From assembly GCA_002269645.1 (NCBI GenBank), contig NIVC01001666.1, positions 186,001 to 250,000 of the forward strand: DNA of 64,000 nucleotides, written 5' to 3'. Source of the stretch: Macrostomum lignano (lineage: Eukaryota). Below, one piece after another: positions 60,501-64,000 of this stretch. Below the pieces are notes generated by a model that worked only from the letters and a program-made list of their open reading frames with translations, had not been told where the DNA came from and did not search any database. The position numbers were made by a program, and so were the translations under genes. The number at the start of each line of letters is the position of its first letter. Position 1 is the stretch's first letter.

Positions 60501-63500
60501 GGCGCCTGCGCCCCCCGTCAGTAGTAAGTAAGTATGTCAAACATAAAATTTACACAATTTCAAACATAAAAGTAAGCGAATTTTAAAGGAGCCACTATAA
60601 TGCTAAGGAAATTGTCGCACTAGCTACTTATTGTCTGGTGGATGCTTGCTATTTGGGGATGCTATCTATGTAGGGGATGCTTGCTATCTGGGGGATGCTT
60701 GCTATCTGGGGGATGCTTGCTATCTGGGGGATGCTTGCTATCTGGGGGATGCTTGCTTTCTTGGGATGATTTCTTTTTGCATTGCACTTCCTTTGAGTAT
60801 TTTGTCTGTTTTCTTTGTGAAGGCCTTTTTTGGCTATCTTTTTGTTACTTGTAGAGAACAGAGGTTCTATACAGATGTCCCCCAAAGGGGGGCGAAGATT
60901 GCTAGTAGATCCTCCTAAAGGGCGTCTTCGTCACGTCCGAAACGTAACAGATAACTCAAATCAATAAATAAATCCTCTAAGAATATATTCTAGGAAATAA
61001 GGAGGCCTTTCTCAAAGATCTCGACAATAAATGGCTCTCGTAAACTCAATTAATCGACTTATTAATGCTAGCAACAAAGAACTAAAGCTGTTAAACGCTC
61101 ACCAATTGGACAAGTGTAGTCCCTCGGAGATTGGTGTTCTTTTCTTCTTCAAAGTCTTATTTGAGACCGCTCCAAGTCTGAATTTTTTACTCGGATATTA
61201 CTTCGGTCATTCATGTTTGATTAAGCGGTCATGCATGTTTAAGCATTACCTTATATGGAGTTAAGCAAACACAGCTGTTGAAAACCGGTTCCTTGATCAA
61301 ACAGACGTTGGTCCTACGTAGGGTTCTAAATCACTCTACTTGCGCATGACTCTAGTCTCTAGGTTGCAGATTAAAATAGACTTTTCTTAGAGTATTACTT
61401 TATGTAGCACATTACGGTATGGTTTTAATAACTCTCTACAGTCCATAAAGGGAAGAGGGTTGTTGGCTTATGGTGGTCTTTATTTTTTAGGCCGGGTTTT
61501 ATCTGATGACGCGTTTTTGTGTTGGTTGCGTATGGAAAAAATAGTTGTAAGTATACATGTTAATTTATAAATAATGAATAATGAAACAGATAAGGCTACT
61601 GCATGTTGGAAGCTGTATCAATCCAAGTATTTTTATGTAATGCTACAAAGTCCAGAGTGGTAAGATTGTCACAACTGTTAAAATTGTCAGACGCTGCTGC
61701 TGGTTGAGCGCAGTCTGGAGCGCAGTCTCTCCAGCCACAGCCTGTCGACTCCGGGCGTGACGGAGCCGCTTGCGGTTCACTGCAGCCTGCTGAAGGCGGC
61801 CCGAGCTTTGATGAAGAAGCCAATAGCTGGCAGACAGGAACCGGTGCTGAGCAGCTTCACAATGCAAGTGAAAGTCAGCCTAGGCGAATCTCTGCCACCG
61901 CAGGCCCGTCAGAACTTTGTCAGCCAACTGTCAACAATTGGCCGCATACGCGAGCGTCGCTGGCTGGTGACTTCAGCGCTGGGAGGCTCCGAGGCGGTCA
62001 AAATGGCCACCGAGCACCCCAGCCTGGCACTGTCACCCGTCGGCTCGGTCGCCGTCCGTCTCGAGGGGGCATCCCGGATGACGCCAGCTCAGCTGCCACC
62101 TTCCGAGTCGGCCGCCTTCTGCTTCCTGCCGCTGCCATCTGGCGCTGAGGCTCCACCGTTCCCGGTGCTTTTGAACGGCGCGTTTGCGCTCGACTCGAGC
62201 CGGCGCCACCTGCTCGAGGCGACAGGCGACGACAGGCGGGCGAATGGAGCCCCGGCCAGTGGAACGCCTGCCTGTTATCAGGCGTTGTGGCGCCCGCCTA
62301 TTTGCGCTGCCTGGAACTGCTGGCAAAGGATGGAGCCCCGGCCGAGAAGTTTCTCCGTCTCTGGCCGCAGGGAATGGTGAGTTGCTATTCGATTTTCTAG
62401 TATGGAAGAGTTTTTTCTAAACTTTCGAATAGCGAGTTTTGAGAACCGTTTGGAAATATTTTCAAAAATATCCGAACGAGTAATTGCTATTCATGATGCT
62501 TGAGTCTATCTTGTGCTTAACCTATTTTGTGCTTAACAAATGCTTCATCAGCGACTTTTGTGTAGTTTAAGCTGTGGACGAGTCCTAAAATTTGTGTCAG
62601 CTCACCAACGCACCATTTCTCATGTACTTTAGATCGGCCGACTGTGGGAGCCGCTTGCCCGCCAGTTGTACAAGTCGGCATTTAAATTAGATGGTCCAGC
62701 CGTGTTCCCCTGTTCCGACAGCTGGCTTAGTTTTGCCAGGAGCGAATTCGCCGAACCAACTCTGCGCAGCTTCACCAACGTTGCCAAACACTTGGAGAGT
62801 CTGATCGACCAAGTCTCTGATGGAATCGTCTGGTTAACCGCTGAAGTGCATGCAGCCGCGATCAAGTACGCCGGTCGAGAGTTTCAATGCCGCATTCTGT
62901 CTGTAGAAGACGCCGTCCTGCGTATACTGAATTCTACTGAAAAGCTGTGGCGGAGCGAACCCTTGAATATGATATTTGCGCGCGGTAATCGATCGCACTT
63001 TGAAGAATTTATTTCGTTTCTTTTAAAACTGATTGGACGGCGCCCGGCTTTCAGTTTGACTCCTGCAGCGCACTGGTTACGCAGAAGGTGCGCGATAAAA
63101 TGCGCACCACATGCTGCATACCCGACGGTCGTGGAAGCCTAAAAAGGCCAGCAGACCTGCTTAGTCCCAAGTGCCGAGCTGCCAGCCTGTTCTGCCGCAC
63201 ACCAGACTCCGCAGATGCAGCGATGTTTCCTCGAAATGACCTGTGCTCCGATGATTGTATACTGAAAGCTCTGAACAACCTTGGCTTGCGCACGGACATC
63301 ACTGGACTGGAACTCGAGGAGCGAGCAAAAAGTGTTTCCAAGTTGCTGAACTCTCAGCTTCAGTACAATCGTATTCGCAGTCTGCTCTACTACCTTCGGG
63401 GAATGAAAAGTTCGGAAAAAAATTACGCTTTGTCTCAGTTGTCTAGGATTGCTTTCCTGCCTGTTAAGGGAGACAACTGTCTGAAATATCCACAGAATCT

Positions 63501-64000
63501 GTTCCGCGAGCACCTCGCAGATCTTGTCGGTCTAAACTACGATGTGCTTGACGAAACCGGTCTAAAAATTAATGATGTGGATGATGTGCTAGTTGAACTG
63601 GGCGTGCGCGACTCTGTTAGCTGGGATCTGGCTTGGCAGCAGCTGCAGTCGCTGGCCAGTAGTCATTCATCAGATTCAGATCTTTGCTACGCAGATATAT
63701 GTGAAGCTGTTTACCGGCACCTCTCTGGCGATCAGTTTGCTGAAGAAATTAAACGCATGAAAAAGGCTCAAACGTCGAACAGCCGGAAACGATTAGTATT
63801 TCACGAAACCGGAGGCTTCTTGCTTCCACAGCAGGTCTCGTTTGAACCCACTGATACAGAGCTGCCGCCTCATCTTTTCAGGTTGCGATACCTTCGAAAA
63901 CCTAAAAAGTGTGCACCATTTCTACTTGCTCTCGGCGTTGCCACAAGGTTTGATGCCAGAAGTTATTGTCAAGCTCTTGCGCGCATCCATCAGCAAAGCA
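45514..64000 (+). CDS. Sacsin-like protein (SRR / HSP90-like GHKL ATPase repeat), spliced, runs off window; two apparent frameshifts
   Basis: Exons 45514(or 45528)-45738 ([24 protein letters not shown]), 47138-47326 ([34 protein letters not shown]), 48294-48443, 49211-49450 ([20 protein letters not shown]), 61691-62376 ([27 protein letters not shown]), 62633-64000+. Frame changes are needed near 62243-62257 and 63004-63070; after these the frame is open to 64000 (translated by hand). Confidence 0.9.
45935..47095. repeat. 19-20-bp array GTATCCTGGGATTTGTGGG (degenerate 5' part)
   Basis: Fills sacsin-like intron 1. Confidence 0.93.
47462..48170. repeat. 22-bp minisatellite GGAGAATCAATCAGGAGTGTCA
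   Basis: Fills sacsin-like intron 2. Confidence 0.95.
49987..54237 (+). mobile_element. Non-autonomous Helitron, copy 1 (with duplicated 3' module)
   Basis: Begins A|TCCAATATACTAAAAAT. Ends GCCCCAACGGGGGT hairpin + TGGAATTGGCTAG (CTAG 54234-54237). An almost identical hairpin-CTAG end also occurs internally at 52157-52160. No RepHel ORF. Confidence 0.72.
52365..52780. repeat. 29-bp array GCTGAGATGTCAAGTCTTAGGGGTAAACT inside Helitron copy 1
   Basis: Homogeneous core within a wider degenerate zone (51240-53300), plus GGGGATTCTTTGGAT-type degenerate repeats at 51780-52090 and 53290-54180. Confidence 0.92.
54845..58053. repeat. 23-bp satellite AAAGAGCCACCATGTCAAACATT inside Helitron copy 2
   Basis: About 3.2 kb of moderately diverged tandem copies; remnant units continue at 60534-60600 after the LINE. 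Confidence 0.96.
58067..60533 (+). mobile_element. 5'-truncated non-LTR retrotransposon (I-group, LOA/R1-like) with RT, RNase H and C-terminal CCHC
   Basis: Uninterrupted frame from ~58069 (PDNIAP.., the start of the RT region) to stop 60447: [36 protein letters not shown]; RNase [31 protein letters not shown]; LTGH..CPFC-x8-H-x4-C. Short 3' UTR ends in AGTAGTAAGTAAGT. ATGTCAAACAT is present on both sides (58043-58053, 60534-60544) as a candidate TSD. Clade assignment is inference. Confidence 0.93.
60640..60765. repeat. 18-bp array GGGGGATGCTTGCTATCT in the 3' module of Helitron copy 2
   Basis: Direct reading; the single-copy motif GGGATGCTTGCTATC is present at ~51198 in copy 1. Confidence 0.88.

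Larger units (their letters stand above)
54238..60905 (+). mobile_element. Non-autonomous Helitron, copy 2 (carries a 3.2-kb satellite and a nested LINE)
   Basis: Begins TCCTATATACTAAAAATGAGTTGTCTGTATGT..GGCTCAACCGATTTT immediately after the CTAG of copy 1. Shares blocks with copy 1 (GCTAAGAAATTGCT..TTAAATATTCGAAAAAC; CTGAGAAATTGATTATGTCATAACT; GGGTTCGAAT). Ends GTCCCCCAAAGGGGGGC hairpin (60877-60893) + GAAGATTGCTAG|T. Confidence 0.75.

Overview
Eukaryotic (metazoan) genomic DNA. GC-rich spliced exons are separated by introns and intergenic gaps filled with unrelated minisatellites, roughly a third of the window by my hand tally. This organisation is reminiscent of free-living flatworms such as Macrostomum (inference only). 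Five host genes can be reconstructed by hand from GT-AG phase matching. (1) Transportin-1/2 (minus strand, 7 exons, 3' end outside the window). (2) A complete tektin-2 gene, head-to-head with it. (3) An intronless PH+PTB (DOK/IRS-like) ORF. (4) An NFIL3/vrille-type bZIP gene with an extra C-terminal zipper. (5) A sacsin-like gene with a GC-AG intron and two apparent frameshifts, running off the right edge. The most structured discovery is in sacsin intron 4: about 10.9 kb (49987-60905) reads as two head-to-tail non-autonomous Helitrons (A|TC...hairpin-CTAG|T, with a CTAG|TC junction at 54237/54238). Each carries a tRNA-Ser-like Pol III promoter relic and its own internal tandem arrays. The second copy also contains a young, 5'-truncated RT-RNaseH-CCHC LINE whose 5' junction carries a perfect fold-back copy of the target DNA. 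A long-TIR Tc1/mariner-like element sits in transportin intron 1. All homology calls are from motif recognition and memory of the families; no searches were run.
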